Shown: one piece after another, positions 8,373 through 17,214 of the stretch
How positions within the stretch are numbered: the stretch's first letter is position 1
Layout: each line of letters begins with the position of its first letter
DNA from: a virus
Reading direction: 5' to 3' (one strand)
IMG/VR virus record: IMGVR_UViG_3300029906_000187
Coordinates: 537 to 64,536 of that record
Length of the DNA: 64,000 bases
Notes under the pieces: generated by a model
What the model saw: the letters and a program-made list of their open reading frames with translations, nothing else
Database searches by the model: none
Told to the model about the DNA's origin: nothing
Translations under genes and position numbers: made by a program

Positions 8373-9272
8373 TCAAATTTCCATGTTGCGATACCTGTTC
8401 ACATCGCTGTAATCAGGTTGATTGTTACTCTTTCCCTGTGGTTGAGCAGGTGCTCTGCTGCGATCCTGTCTTTTGGAAAGCCATGTGTTAATAAACCGAT
8501 TGATTCCGCCTCTGGTTTTTCTTCTGCCCGGATTGGCCTGAATCCAGCCCTTCATGTTGCGAAGCTCCTGCATCACATCCACAGCAGGATACAGCTCTAC
8601 CCAACTTTCAAAATCCTTTTGTGGCACTGCATATTCGGTTTTATCATTTAACAGCAGCGTGATCACTGCCTGCTCCTCGGAGACAGAATTTTCTGGCTCC
8701 GGGGAAAAAGATACGTCAGTATCTTTTATATCTTTTGTTTCTTTTTCTTTTCTTTTCTTTATATGGGTATTTCCCTGCTGAAAATTTGAATTTCCAGACG
8801 GGAAATTGGATTTTACCGGAGATGTTTCTGAATTTTGGGCGCAGGAAACAAAGCCTTGGCACTCTTCAGGTTCAAGCAGCCAAAACTTTTTTTGCTCAAA
8901 TCTACTGGCGCGATCCGAAATTGCAGCCCAGTATCTTTTTTGCAGTCCTCGACTGGTCAATATTCCATGCACTTCAAAGAGCGACTTGTCAAAGAGGCAG
9001 CATTGAAAGCATATATCAACAACGTTCTTTACGAACTCCGAGCACGCTCCCTTGCCCAGCTTCCTTGCGACTGTCGGGCATAGAGAGTAGCTCCATTCGA
9101 GGTAATATCCGTGCGTGGCATACGCCCGTTGACACAAATAAAAGTAAACAGTGAAAGCTGCGATCCCTTGCGCATCAATTAACTGATCAATTTTTGTGTC
9201 ATTCTCCAAAACATGAACATCCCAGCCGGCGAAATCAAGCCCTTCCTTACGGGGTCGACCGGCATTACTCAT
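8373..9272 (-). CDS. Phage replication initiator (DUF4373-type N-terminus)
   Basis: GRPRKEGLDF...LTSRGLQKRY; directly upstream of the loader. Confidence 0.8.
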   Translation of the reverse strand: MSNAGRPRKEGLDFAGWDVHVLENDTKIDQLIDAQGIAAFTVYFYLCQRAYATHGYYLEWSYSLCPTVARKLGKGACSEFVKNVVDICFQCCLFDKSLFEVHGILTSRGLQKRYWAAISDRASRFEQKKFWLLEPEECQGFVSCAQNSETSPVKSNFPSGNSNFQQGNTHIKKRKEKETKDIKDTDVSFSPEPENSVSEEQAVITLLLNDKTEYAVPQKDFESWVELYPAVDVMQELRNMKGWIQANPGRRKTRGGINRFINTWLSKRQDRSRAPAQPQGKSNNQPDYSDVNRYRNMEI

Positions 9273-9524
9273 AACATGCCATACTCCTTATTTTTGAGGA
9301 TGTTGCACTCGCAAAACATATTTGCGAGCATTTTGGGGTTGTGATATGTGACGGAGAGTTACATTCTGCGCATTTCTGTTTGCATTTTTTTGAAAAATGT
9401 CAACATTTTTTCGGAAAAGGGTTACATTTTCCCAAAATCCGGAGCGCCTGATTCTATGTCCACCTCCGCAAGGATTTCTCCAAAATATCACGGTTTAGGT
9501 ATGATGATACGGTTCGGAGCCGCA

Positions 9525-9632
9525 TCACTTTTTAACAATTCCGACTTTCTTTCCATATTCAATAGCTTTGCCAAAGATGTAAAACATACCGTACACAATT
9601 GGAATTGATAGCAAACAATAGAGAAATGTCAC
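9525..9632 (-). CDS. 35-aa hydrophobic peptide (not in ORF track)
   Basis: GAGGTGA RBS + GTG: MTFLYCLLSIPIVYGMFYIFGKAIEYGKKVGIVKK; paralogue at 15292-15417. Confidence 0.75.
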   Translation of the reverse strand: MTFLYCLLSIPIVYGMFYIFGKAIEYGKKVGIVKK

Positions 9633-9638
9633 TCTATA

Positions 9639-10001
9639 TCACCTCGCTTCCTTTTGGTTTTTGACAATCTGTTCAAGGGCCTGTCCAATGATGTCGATCT
9701 CGGCTTGCAGAGAGCGTTCAACCACTTTGGGTGGTATTTGCTTTCTGATGCCGTCTATGTATCTGAAATAGTCTGCAATGACCTCCTCTGCCCCCTCGAG
9801 GGTTAAGAAAGCCTTGCGTTGGTTAAGAATCGGGAACTTCAAACAGAAAAAATTCACTCTGCCCGCCTGACGTTCCCGCGCCTCCAACTTGACATTGATA
9901 TGGAAGGTTCCAAGGTTCACTCTCGATACCCAATGGTTTCCCTCCAAATATCCATCATGCATCCTCCAATAGATTTTTTCCAGTACTGCATTTTCCGCCA
10001 T
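9639..10001 (-). CDS. Hypothetical protein
   Basis: GGGAGGG RBS, 120 aa. Confidence 0.7.
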   Translation of the reverse strand: MAENAVLEKIYWRMHDGYLEGNHWVSRVNLGTFHINVKLEARERQAGRVNFFCLKFPILNQRKAFLTLEGAEEVIADYFRYIDGIRKQIPPKVVERSLQAEIDIIGQALEQIVKNQKEAR

Positions 10002-10020
10002 GTTTTTCCCTCCCGTTTTC

Positions 10021-10050
10021 TTGACAAAGCGCGCCCAAATATGCTATAAT
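10021..10050 (+). promoter_or_regulatory. SigA-type promoter for HTH gene 10159
   Basis: TTGACA-18-TATAAT with extended TG. Confidence 0.75.
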
Positions 10051-10091
10051 AATGGTTACCACACACATTTTAATAGCATACCGTTTGAACG

Positions 10092-10141
10092 CTACAACTT
10101 TGTAGTGTACTAATTATAACACTACAAGTTTGTATTGTCAA
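10092..10141 (-). promoter_or_regulatory. Leftward SigA promoter with two palindromic operators
   Basis: Minus-strand TTGACA (10141-10136)-17-TATAAT (10118-10113); CTACAA-N2-TTGTAG at 10092-10105 and CTACAA-N2-TTGTAT at 10122-10135. Confidence 0.8.
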
Positions 10142-10158
10142 GGGGTTTGGAGAAAATT

Positions 10159-10359
10159 ATGAAAAATAATATTTCAGACTTCCGAAAAAGACAATCATTG
10201 ACCCAAAAAGCACTGGCAGAAAAAATGAATGTTGCTGAATCTGTTATTCAGAGATGGGAACATCAACGAAATATCCCCACATTGGAGACAGCGATTAAAT
10301 TGGCACGTGTTTTGAATACCACTGTCGAGGAATTATTTATCATAGATGATAGTTACTAA
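10159..10359 (+). CDS. XRE/Cro-C1 HTH regulator
   Basis: RKRQSLTQKALAEKMNVAESVIQRWE...TTVEELF; start revised to ATG 10159. Confidence 0.88.
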   Translation: MKNNISDFRKRQSLTQKALAEKMNVAESVIQRWEHQRNIPTLETAIKLARVLNTTVEELFIIDDSY

Positions 10360-10542
10360 TTATTCTCCGTAAATTTCCTCAACCGTCGTTCCAAGTGCTT
10401 TTGCGATTTTGCAAGCCATCGGGGCCAGTGGGATTGTATCGTGCTCATATCGTTGATACGCGCTTTCAGCAATTCCGATTGCCTCCGCAGCCTGCTTCTG
10501 CGTGAGGCCTTTTTGGAGACGCAATTCTTTTAGCTTGTTCAT
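10360..10542 (-). CDS. XRE/Cro-C1 HTH regulator
   Basis: MNKLKELRLQKGLTQKQAAEAIGIAESAYQRYE; start revised. Confidence 0.88.
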   Translation of the reverse strand: MNKLKELRLQKGLTQKQAAEAIGIAESAYQRYEHDTIPLAPMACKIAKALGTTVEEIYGE

Positions 10543-10655
10543 AGCATGTATCCTTTTTGAAATTGGAGTTTTATCGACTATCTTGTGGGAAGAACCAATA
10601 ACCCAGAGATCAATATGTAGCATTTGACCAAAAATGAAAATTTTTCTTTCATTTA

Positions 10656-10684
10656 TTGACAAGAAATTTGTTTTCTGCTATAAT
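10656..10684 (+). promoter_or_regulatory. SigA promoter for the Panacea-PemK operon
   Basis: TTGACA-17-TATAAT, extended TG. Confidence 0.85.
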
Positions 10685-10735
10685 GAGGATGGGGTTTTAA
10701 TCCAACCCAAATTCATTAAAGGGAGGTAGAGAATC

Positions 10736-11284
10736 ATGGCAAGAGCAATTGACGTTGCTAACTTCTTCATTGATGTAATCAATGGCTCCGAAGATGACAA
10801 TGTAACCAATCTCAAACTGCAAAAGCTGTTATACTTCTCCCAAGGCCTGTTCTTACGTAAGACCGGGAAACCGCTGTTCCCGGAAAAGATAAAAGCATGG
10901 AAGCACGGTCCGGTTGTACCAGAAGTGTATCACACGTTCAAGCAATATGAGGGAGCTCCTATATTAAAACCTTCCGGCGCATATTCATATGAGAGCTTTA
11001 CAAGCGATGAAAAAAATATTCTTTTTGATACGCTTCTTATATACGGAAAATATACCGGAAATGCCCTTGTAAATATGACGCACGCCCCAAATACACCTTG
11101 GAGCCAAGTTTATCAACAAAATTCTTCAGGGAAAGCCATCATTTCAAATGAGATTATCAAAGAATATTTTGATGGCCAACCTCAACCTTTGGATTTTGAC
11201 GCTATCATTGCTCGGATTCCAATTGTTGATAAACTTCCGAAAGAAGATTATGACCCAGAAGAAGACGCCCTTTGGGAGGAATAG
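10736..11284 (+). CDS. panA: Panacea-domain (DUF4065/SocA-like) antitoxin
   Basis: AIDVANFF...TNLKLQKLLYF...AWKHGPVVPEVY...TH...PW. Confidence 0.9.
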   Translation: MARAIDVANFFIDVINGSEDDNVTNLKLQKLLYFSQGLFLRKTGKPLFPEKIKAWKHGPVVPEVYHTFKQYEGAPILKPSGAYSYESFTSDEKNILFDTLLIYGKYTGNALVNMTHAPNTPWSQVYQQNSSGKAIISNEIIKEYFDGQPQPLDFDAIIARIPIVDKLPKEDYDPEEDALWEE

Positions 11285-11626
11285 ATGGCTATTATTTTCT
11301 ATGACAGATGGGATGTCTGTTTAGCAGATGTCCCATTTGAAGAAATTCCACAGTCTAAACGCCGTCCCGTGATTGTGTTGAATCATTCCACAATCCTTGA
11401 TTGCTTAAAAGCCACAAAATCTGCTCCGAGAGCGAATTATCCGGGAGAATATCAGCTTAAATTTTGGAAAGAAGCTGGGTTAAAAGTTCCGACGGTTGTA
11501 CGAGCCAGCAAAAGGCTTTCTCTTCCGATGTCAGCCGTTGGTCGCAAGCTCGGAACTTTACATATTCAAGACATAATAGAGCTCGAAAAAATACTTGAAA
11601 GACTTGGTGATATTATAACACTCTAA
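11285..11626 (+). CDS. PemK/MazF-like toxin
   Basis: DVCLADVPFEE...KRRPVIVL...AGLKVPTVVR; abuts panA. Confidence 0.75.
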   Translation: MAIIFYDRWDVCLADVPFEEIPQSKRRPVIVLNHSTILDCLKATKSAPRANYPGEYQLKFWKEAGLKVPTVVRASKRLSLPMSAVGRKLGTLHIQDIIELEKILERLGDIITL

Positions 11627-11838
11627 CTTTCTTCCAGCGTCAGTATGGTCTCGCTCCCGCATCGCTCGCACCGGATGCAGATCACCTGATCCGGGAAGAA
11701 GCTGAAGGATACCTCCCGGCCTTTTCTGCGAACCGTGATTCTGTGGCCGTCAATCTTGCATAACGGAACATTGCATAGCTTCCCGTTTGCCAGACGATGG
11801 CGGCATCTTACCATTCTTTTTTTGTTGCTCTTCGACAT
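11623..11838 (-). CDS. Small zinc-finger hypothetical protein
   Basis: RC...CNVPLC...RCERCGSE; GGAGGG RBS. Confidence 0.6.
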   Translation of the reverse strand: MSKSNKKRMVRCRHRLANGKLCNVPLCKIDGHRITVRRKGREVSFSFFPDQVICIRCERCGSETILTLEES

Positions 11839-11865
11839 GCACCCTCCCAACCACCGCATCAAAAA

Positions 11866-12090
11866 TCATTCCTCTGCGATGCTGTATCTCGCGAACCGAA
11901 CCGTCTCACCGAAGCGGTTCTTTTTTTCTACCATTTCCTTGCGGATACTGTGCCCCATGCGCTTCAGGTCGGAAATGCGGGAGGCAAGGCGCATACATCC
12001 CAGCTCGTCCAGTGCCTCCACCGGCGTAATGCTGCCGTTGGCAGCCATAAACTCCAATACCAAGTCACATTGCGTGGCCTTGTTTGACAT
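11866..12090 (-). CDS. Phage helix-turn-helix protein
   Basis: GSITPVEA...GCMRLASRISDLK. Confidence 0.75.
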   Translation of the reverse strand: MSNKATQCDLVLEFMAANGSITPVEALDELGCMRLASRISDLKRMGHSIRKEMVEKKNRFGETVRFARYSIAEE

Positions 12091-12116
12091 GATCGGTACT
12101 CCTTTCGAGATTCATT

Positions 12117-12455
12117 TCAAATAATTTTTTCGAGAGCATCCACAAACGCCGTTGGATACTCCCCGTTGAAAAAAGCAAGCTGCTTTTCTATGAAGGCGGT
12201 TTGTTCTTCTTTTGTCTGAAAGCGCGCGTTCTGGCGGTAGATGCGCCTCCAGTTGGCAATAAACATTTCGCAGTCCTCTTTTGTGAAGCGAAACGCCGTG
12301 TGCAGGACAATGCAGGCATATTGAATCCAGATTTTCTGCACTTCGGCCTCCTCATGGTCTACCTGCCGCGTGACCAGTTCGTCCACCAGTTGGGCGATTT
12401 TTTGTTTTTGAGATTCCGGTAGGCTTTGATAGGACTTTGGAATGTGAGCTTTCAT
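12117..12455 (-). CDS. Hypothetical protein
   Basis: 112-aa ORF, coupled to neighbours. Confidence 0.7.
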   Translation of the reverse strand: MKAHIPKSYQSLPESQKQKIAQLVDELVTRQVDHEEAEVQKIWIQYACIVLHTAFRFTKEDCEMFIANWRRIYRQNARFQTKEEQTAFIEKQLAFFNGEYPTAFVDALEKII

Positions 12456-12682
12456 GCTGTTTCTTCCTCCGGCCTGCCACGCCCCAAATAGGAGCGCTCA
12501 TCGGCTTGCAGGACTGGCAGATCATACTTTGGGAGGTTGAAGTATACTGCCTTACAGGCCGTGCAATAGAGAGCGCTTCCCGTCTCGGATACGCACTCCC
12601 GGTCTCCGATTTTCACACAAAGCATCGCGTCGCACAGCTCCAGCGCGGACTGCTGGCATTGCCGGCATTTTGCGTATGGCAT
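12452..12682 (-). CDS. Cys-rich hypothetical protein
   Basis: CRQC...CTAC; GGAGG RBS. Confidence 0.65.
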   Translation of the reverse strand: MPYAKCRQCQQSALELCDAMLCVKIGDRECVSETGSALYCTACKAVYFNLPKYDLPVLQADERSYLGRGRPEEETA

Positions 12683-12695
12683 TGGTCAGTCCTCC

Positions 12696-13118
12696 TTAAA
12701 ACGGCAAATCATCGTCGGTTTTCAGTTCTTCAAACTTCGGTTCCTGCGGAAATTGGGCGTTTTCGGTTTGGTCGCCGTTTTGCTGGGCGGCATTTTTGGA
12801 ATCCACAAAGAACACCTCGTATGCGTCCACCTCCACGTTGCGGCGTTCTCTGCCCTCCCGATCCCGAAAGCATCTCACGGAGAGCTTGCCGCGAATGCAG
12901 ATGGAGGAGCCTTTGCGGAAGTATCTGCAAACGGTTTCGGCCTGTTTTTTCCATGCGGTTATGCGGAAGAATTCCACTACCTGATTTCCGTCCGGCTTGC
13001 GATGATTGATTGCAATGTCGAACGTGCAGACCGGAGTTCCAGAATTGGTTTGCTTCAGCTCCGGGTCAGCCGTGATGTGCCCGGCAAGAAAAACATTGTT
13101 GAGATTCAAATTGCTCAC
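12696..13118 (-). CDS. ssb: Single-stranded DNA-binding protein
   Basis: LNNVFLAGHITADPEL...AW...KGS...DDDLPF acidic tail. Confidence 0.95.
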   Translation of the reverse strand: MSNLNLNNVFLAGHITADPELKQTNSGTPVCTFDIAINHRKPDGNQVVEFFRITAWKKQAETVCRYFRKGSSICIRGKLSVRCFRDREGRERRNVEVDAYEVFFVDSKNAAQQNGDQTENAQFPQEPKFEELKTDDDLPF

Positions 13119-13339
13119 TCGGCTGTCTCCTCCTTCGGAAGATTCAGCAACAGGCGAACCGCCTCTGCGATTTCGCCGGAATATTTCGCGGCTCTCACGG
13201 CGCTCGCGAGGATGTCAACGATCAGCTCGTGGCGCAACAGCGCGTCATATCGTTCGAGGGGGACTTGCACGAATACTTCTCTTTCGGACGTCGCGAGCAA
13301 TTCCGCTTCAGGCAGCGAAAGAAATTCTATTTTAGACAT
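13115..13339 (-). CDS. Hypothetical protein
   Basis: MSKIEFLSL...; GGAGG RBS. Confidence 0.6.
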   Translation of the reverse strand: MSKIEFLSLPEAELLATSEREVFVQVPLERYDALLRHELIVDILASAVRAAKYSGEIAEAVRLLLNLPKEETAE

Positions 13340-14132
13340 CCGCCGGAACCTCCTCAAAATCCGCCGCAATCGGCTCCGCATCCGGCAGGAGCGCATCACT
13401 ATCCGCACCGTTTGATTTCAGGTCGTCATCCGACATCGCGTTTGCCATCTCCACGGAAAGCGGAGACCATTTGGAGAGAAGATTCCGAAGAACAGTTTTC
13501 TGTGCCATCTCATGGAAATTGTCCTTCCAAATTGGGTTCCCCTTTGCGTAGGATTTCGAGTATCGCGCGGCGTGCGCCATGACCTTTTCTTTGGACCAGT
13601 AAAGCGCTTTCTCAAAGCCGCTGACCGTCTGAATATATGCAAAATAGCCGATGATGTTATCCCCGGATCTCTCACCTGATAAATCCACTGAACCGGTCAG
13701 CTTGTCCACCGACTTCAGCTCCCCTTCATATACAACATCGGTATTGATGTAGCGGTATGCACCGGTTCTCTGCGCAAGCTGAAGCAGACCTTTGTAACCG
13801 ATAATGAATGTGGGGACATCGGCATATGGAATGATATACGCAAAGCCAAGCTGCTTATTGATTGGCAGCTTCAGGGACACTGCTTTGAGGCATTCGGCAA
13901 ATACCTTTCCGGGTTCGCATCTCTGTAGCAGTTTGTCAGTGCTGTAAAGGTCCAGCACCGAGGCAGCAAACGCACCGGCATTTTCTTTGAGCGAGTTTTC
14001 CAACAGTTTTTTTGTGGATTCCGCGTTCAGGATCGCGTTCATCATGGTTGCTGGGCTCTTTTTGACCGGAGCCTCCTTTTGTGCCTGCGCAGCGTTCGTA
14101 ATGGCATTTTCAGTATTCGTTGTTCTCGGCAT
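13332..14132 (-). CDS. recT: RecT-family single-strand annealing protein
   Basis: LGFAYIIPY...FIIGYKGLLQLAQRTG...MAQKTVLR; start revised. Confidence 0.9.
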   Translation of the reverse strand: MPRTTNTENAITNAAQAQKEAPVKKSPATMMNAILNAESTKKLLENSLKENAGAFAASVLDLYSTDKLLQRCEPGKVFAECLKAVSLKLPINKQLGFAYIIPYADVPTFIIGYKGLLQLAQRTGAYRYINTDVVYEGELKSVDKLTGSVDLSGERSGDNIIGYFAYIQTVSGFEKALYWSKEKVMAHAARYSKSYAKGNPIWKDNFHEMAQKTVLRNLLSKWSPLSVEMANAMSDDDLKSNGADSDALLPDAEPIAADFEEVPADV

Positions 14133-15078
14133 TGTCTTTCTCCTCCTTGATTCGGAAAATTCGTGTTTCGGAGGTTTTGCAAACCTCCTCATAGATTTTC
14201 GGATATTTTTCTTTCAGCATTTTGCGATCAATATCTACCCGTTTTTGCGGCTTCCAGGTGACGCGGTATTTTTCGGAAAATCCGACAGTAGCTTCCATCA
14301 TGTCGATCTGAATGCTCTGCCGGATTTCCTCCATACGCCTGTCAATTTGTTTTTTCTCAGCAGAGAGCTGCTGGTACTCTGCCAGATCTTCGTCATGTGT
14401 GTGGATGTAGATCGGAATATCCTCCGTACTTCCACCGCCGGAGAGCGCCTCAATCGCCATCCTTGCGGAGGCGGAGCCATCGGGCGGTGGCGGAACCTCT
14501 TTCTGCACGTGCTGCTCCCAGAAATCATTCTCTGCTTTTTCCAGCGCGGCAATTTCCGTCTCGCTGCGCTCCACTGTAAACCAGTAAAAGCCTTTGCCAA
14601 GTATCAGGACGGCGAGATACATCCGGTCATAGCCCATCACGGCCATATAGTGCATACACTGCACATAATAGGTCAACGGAACCTCTCCGTTCTCAAAGTC
14701 GGTCTTGTTGTAGGCATTGGTGGTTTTGCATTCCAAGCCTGCATTTTCTCCGACAATCTCACGGTCTACATCCGCAATCATGCAAGGATATTCGGAGGAG
14801 CGGTACATAAAGTTATTTTTCTTTACCCGTTTTCCGGTGGCTTCACAAAAACGGCTTGCCACATACTGTTCAAGGTCTCTGCCGGTGCGCATGAGCTCTG
14901 TATCCTCTTTATCCGGGAGCAGCCCCAGCTTGTCCGAATACAGTTCCAGCAGGCTCCGGAAAGGGTTCAGACCAAGCACAACAGCCGCATCCGATCCGCC
15001 GATTCCCTCCCGGCGGAACTCCAGCCATTCCTCCCTGCTGATCTTGCTGACATTCACAACCCGGATAGGATTCACCAT
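14110..15078 (-). CDS. YqaJ-like (lambda exonuclease family) viral recombinase
   Basis: EWLEFRREGIGGSD...ADVDR...LECKT...YYVQCMHY. Confidence 0.92.
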   Translation of the reverse strand: MVNPIRVVNVSKISREEWLEFRREGIGGSDAAVVLGLNPFRSLLELYSDKLGLLPDKEDTELMRTGRDLEQYVASRFCEATGKRVKKNNFMYRSSEYPCMIADVDREIVGENAGLECKTTNAYNKTDFENGEVPLTYYVQCMHYMAVMGYDRMYLAVLILGKGFYWFTVERSETEIAALEKAENDFWEQHVQKEVPPPPDGSASARMAIEALSGGGSTEDIPIYIHTHDEDLAEYQQLSAEKKQIDRRMEEIRQSIQIDMMEATVGFSEKYRVTWKPQKRVDIDRKMLKEKYPKIYEEVCKTSETRIFRIKEEKDNAENNEY

Positions 15079-15317
15079 ACCGCTCCATGTCCTCCTTTTC
15101 CGTGCGTTCTGTGATAGTTCAGCTCGCATGTGTATTTGCAGAACCATAGCCCCAAACTGCGGTCATGAAAGACATGGAACGGAGCGGCCACGAAGGTTTT
15201 TCCGCAGTTCGCGCACGTGTGCTCTGTAATATGAACTCCGGGAGGGCTATATTCCGGCTCGTCCAGCATGGCGTCAATCTCGTCCAGTTCCTCAATCGTC
15301 GCTTTTTCGTCCGTCAT
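15072..15317 (-). CDS. Zinc-ribbon hypothetical protein
   Basis: CANCGKTF...FCKYTC; start revised to MTDEK. Confidence 0.6.
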   Translation of the reverse strand: MTDEKATIEELDEIDAMLDEPEYSPPGVHITEHTCANCGKTFVAAPFHVFHDRSLGLWFCKYTCELNYHRTHGKGGHGAVW

Positions 15318-15417
15318 CAACAATTCCTTCCTTTTTGCCATATTCAATGGCTCGTCCGCAGATGTAATAAACTCCATATACAATTCCAACTGCTATCGCA
15401 CACCAAATCACAGTCAT
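15292..15417 (-). CDS. 41-aa hydrophobic peptide (not in ORF track)
   Basis: GGAGGT RBS + ATG: MTVIWCAIAVGIVYGVYYICGRAIEYGKKEGIVDDGRKSDD; paralogue of 9525-9632. Confidence 0.75.
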   Translation of the reverse strand: MTVIWCAIAVGIVYGVYYICGRAIEYGKKEGIVDDGRKSDD

Positions 15418-15419
15418 GT

Positions 15420-15710
15420 TTACTGCACCTCCCGTGGCACACAAACAGTTGCTCGGATGTCTGGCGGCGTGACCTCTTTCATATCCGCTTTCGTCGCATA
15501 GCGGTTTCCCGGAGAGTTCGGGTCAATGCCGAGCGCCTCAAAGTAATCCAACACGTGGATCACCCCGTCAATATGTAGCCTGTCCGCCTTTCGCTTCATA
15601 TCGCGGATCATTTTTGAAGCTACACTGTAAGATTTCCCGGTCAGTTCCATCATGTCTTGAATGTTGATAACCTCTTTGGAGAAAATCTCCTCTCGTCTTT
15701 CGTAAGTCAT
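15420..15710 (-). CDS. Putative DNA-binding (excisionase-like) protein
   Basis: INIQDMMELTGKSYSVASKMIR winged-HTH-like; follows Cro. Confidence 0.5.
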   Translation of the reverse strand: MTYERREEIFSKEVINIQDMMELTGKSYSVASKMIRDMKRKADRLHIDGVIHVLDYFEALGIDPNSPGNRYATKADMKEVTPPDIRATVCVPREVQ

Positions 15711-15919
15711 TGCTTCCTCCCATTATCAAACCCAAGCAGTTCATCGGTAGAAACGTCAAGATACTTCGCAATGCTGACCAAAATGCGCACCGATGGCATA
15801 CACTCCCCCAGCATAATTTTGGAAATCATCTTTTGCGAGCATCCGGCTGCTTCCGCCAGTTCCACCTGCGTTACCTTTTTGTCGTAGCACAGCATTGTTA
15901 AATTTCGTCCAAGTGACAC
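15707..15919 (-). CDS. Cro-like XRE HTH regulator
   Basis: VTQVELAEAAGCSQKMISKI...VSTDELLG. Confidence 0.88.
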   Translation of the reverse strand: MSLGRNLTMLCYDKKVTQVELAEAAGCSQKMISKIMLGECMPSVRILVSIAKYLDVSTDELLGFDNGRKQ

Positions 15920-15942
15920 GATTCTATATTTCCTCCTTTTTG

Positions 15943-15971
15943 TTGACAGAAATTCCTTTTTATGATATAAT
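15943..15971 (+). promoter_or_regulatory. SigA promoter for moron 16016
   Basis: TTGACA-17-TATAAT, extended TG. Confidence 0.85.
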
Positions 15972-16015
15972 AGTTCTAAATACTACAAAAACGTAATAAT
16001 TGCGAAAGGAACAAT

Positions 16016-16438
16016 TTGATGGATCTCACAACAGTAAGTATCATTATTTCCATTGCCGCCTTTTTGAGTTCGGTTCTATCACCTATCTTGGTTCAGCTTA
16101 TATCAAATTACCACCAAAGAAAGCGTGGAAAACAAGAGTTTGTGGAAAAGCACAAGCATGAAGTCATTGAAAATTATATTAAAGCTGTCGGTGCTCATAT
16201 TTACAGCGGCTGCCGAAATGGTGACAGAGACTACGCCTCTACTATCGGTGAAATTTATATGTATGTAGACCAATCCTTGTGGGGAAAAGTTGAAGAATTG
16301 ACAAATGAAATTGTATCTCTTGAAAGAAACACTGTTGTGCCACCCGACCAGTTGATCCATGCAAAAGAATTGTATATCGATCTTTGCAAATCTCTTTCGG
16401 TTTACTCACGAGACAGCAAGAAGAATAAGGCACGATAA
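16016..16438 (+). CDS. Moron; N-terminal membrane-anchored protein
   Basis: Hydrophobic N-terminus, own promoter, AT-rich, antisense to the lytic operon. Confidence 0.7.
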   Translation: MMDLTTVSIIISIAAFLSSVLSPILVQLISNYHQRKRGKQEFVEKHKHEVIENYIKAVGAHIYSGCRNGDRDYASTIGEIYMYVDQSLWGKVEELTNEIVSLERNTVVPPDQLIHAKELYIDLCKSLSVYSRDSKKNKAR

Positions 16439-16615
16439 CACAATTGCAGTCAGGATTGCAACATAGATTGTATATAACCAAAACGTTACATGGTCAAACT
16501 CCTCGCGCTGACCAAAAGACGGAATCCATGACAGGAACCACCATGCCACAATCGCAAGTGCAACAACCAGTACAACAGCAATGCATAGAATGATTGCAAC
16601 TGTTTGTATAGGCAA
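16406..16615 (-). CDS. Small two-TM membrane protein
   Basis: GGGGGG RBS + TTG: MPIQTVAIILCIAVVLVVALAIVAWWFLSW... Confidence 0.6.
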   Translation of the reverse strand: MPIQTVAIILCIAVVLVVALAIVAWWFLSWIPSFGQREEFDHVTFWLYTIYVAILTAIVLSCLILLAVS

Positions 16616-16631
16616 TCTCGTTCCCCCCTTG

Positions 16632-16660
16632 TTGAAAAATTCATTTTTTTGCGGTAAAAT
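16632..16660 (+). promoter_or_regulatory. SigA promoter for moron 16732
   Basis: TTGAAA-17-TAAAAT. Confidence 0.6.
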
Positions 16661-16731
16661 TGTTCTGATCATGAAAATCATAATTTCTAATCCTTCACGC
16701 AGTTCTTTTCTCGAATACGAAAGGTATAATA

Positions 16732-17214
16732 ATGAATATTTTAGACATTCTCGAAAAAGTCTTTGTGTGGTTCCGATCTTACTTTTCCAATAAACTTTCA
16801 AAAAAGACTTTGACACTTGATTTCAAGATGGAAAATATGGAGTGGAACACGAAAACAATTTGGAACACACTTCCATATTGGATAACGCTTTCTATTGTCA
16901 ACAATACAGCAAAAGCCTTTTACATTCGGGAAATCTACCTGATTGACCGAGAACGTGTATTTGAAATCAAAGAGCCCAAAATGGAGCTTGGACAAAACCC
17001 AAGGGAAAAGATGACCATGATACCTATTGACCCTAATAGCACCAAAACTATTTTTGGGGTGGTAGAACGAAAATTTAATTATAAATTCGGGAAAGATGCA
17101 AAAATCAAATTGAATACATCGGAAGGCGATATAGAATACAATGTCAGCATTCCGAGCGACTTGCGCTATTATCAGGAAGAGACATCCAGAGGGGCACCCA
17201 ACCCCAGCCCTTAA
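16732..17214 (+). CDS. Moron, hypothetical protein
   Basis: 160 aa, AT-rich, GAAAGG RBS. Confidence 0.7.
   Translation: MNILDILEKVFVWFRSYFSNKLSKKTLTLDFKMENMEWNTKTIWNTLPYWITLSIVNNTAKAFYIREIYLIDRERVFEIKEPKMELGQNPREKMTMIPIDPNSTKTIFGVVERKFNYKFGKDAKIKLNTSEGDIEYNVSIPSDLRYYQEETSRGAPNPSP

Noticed and set aside
8740-8830. Iteron-type origin inside the initiator gene
   Set aside because: Only short degenerate AATTTC/GGAAAT matches; not convincing
13987-15114. 375-aa plus-strand ORF (likewise 40019-41419, 43898-45400, 50853-52037)
   Set aside because: Antisense shadows of well-supported minus-strand genes in GC-rich DNA
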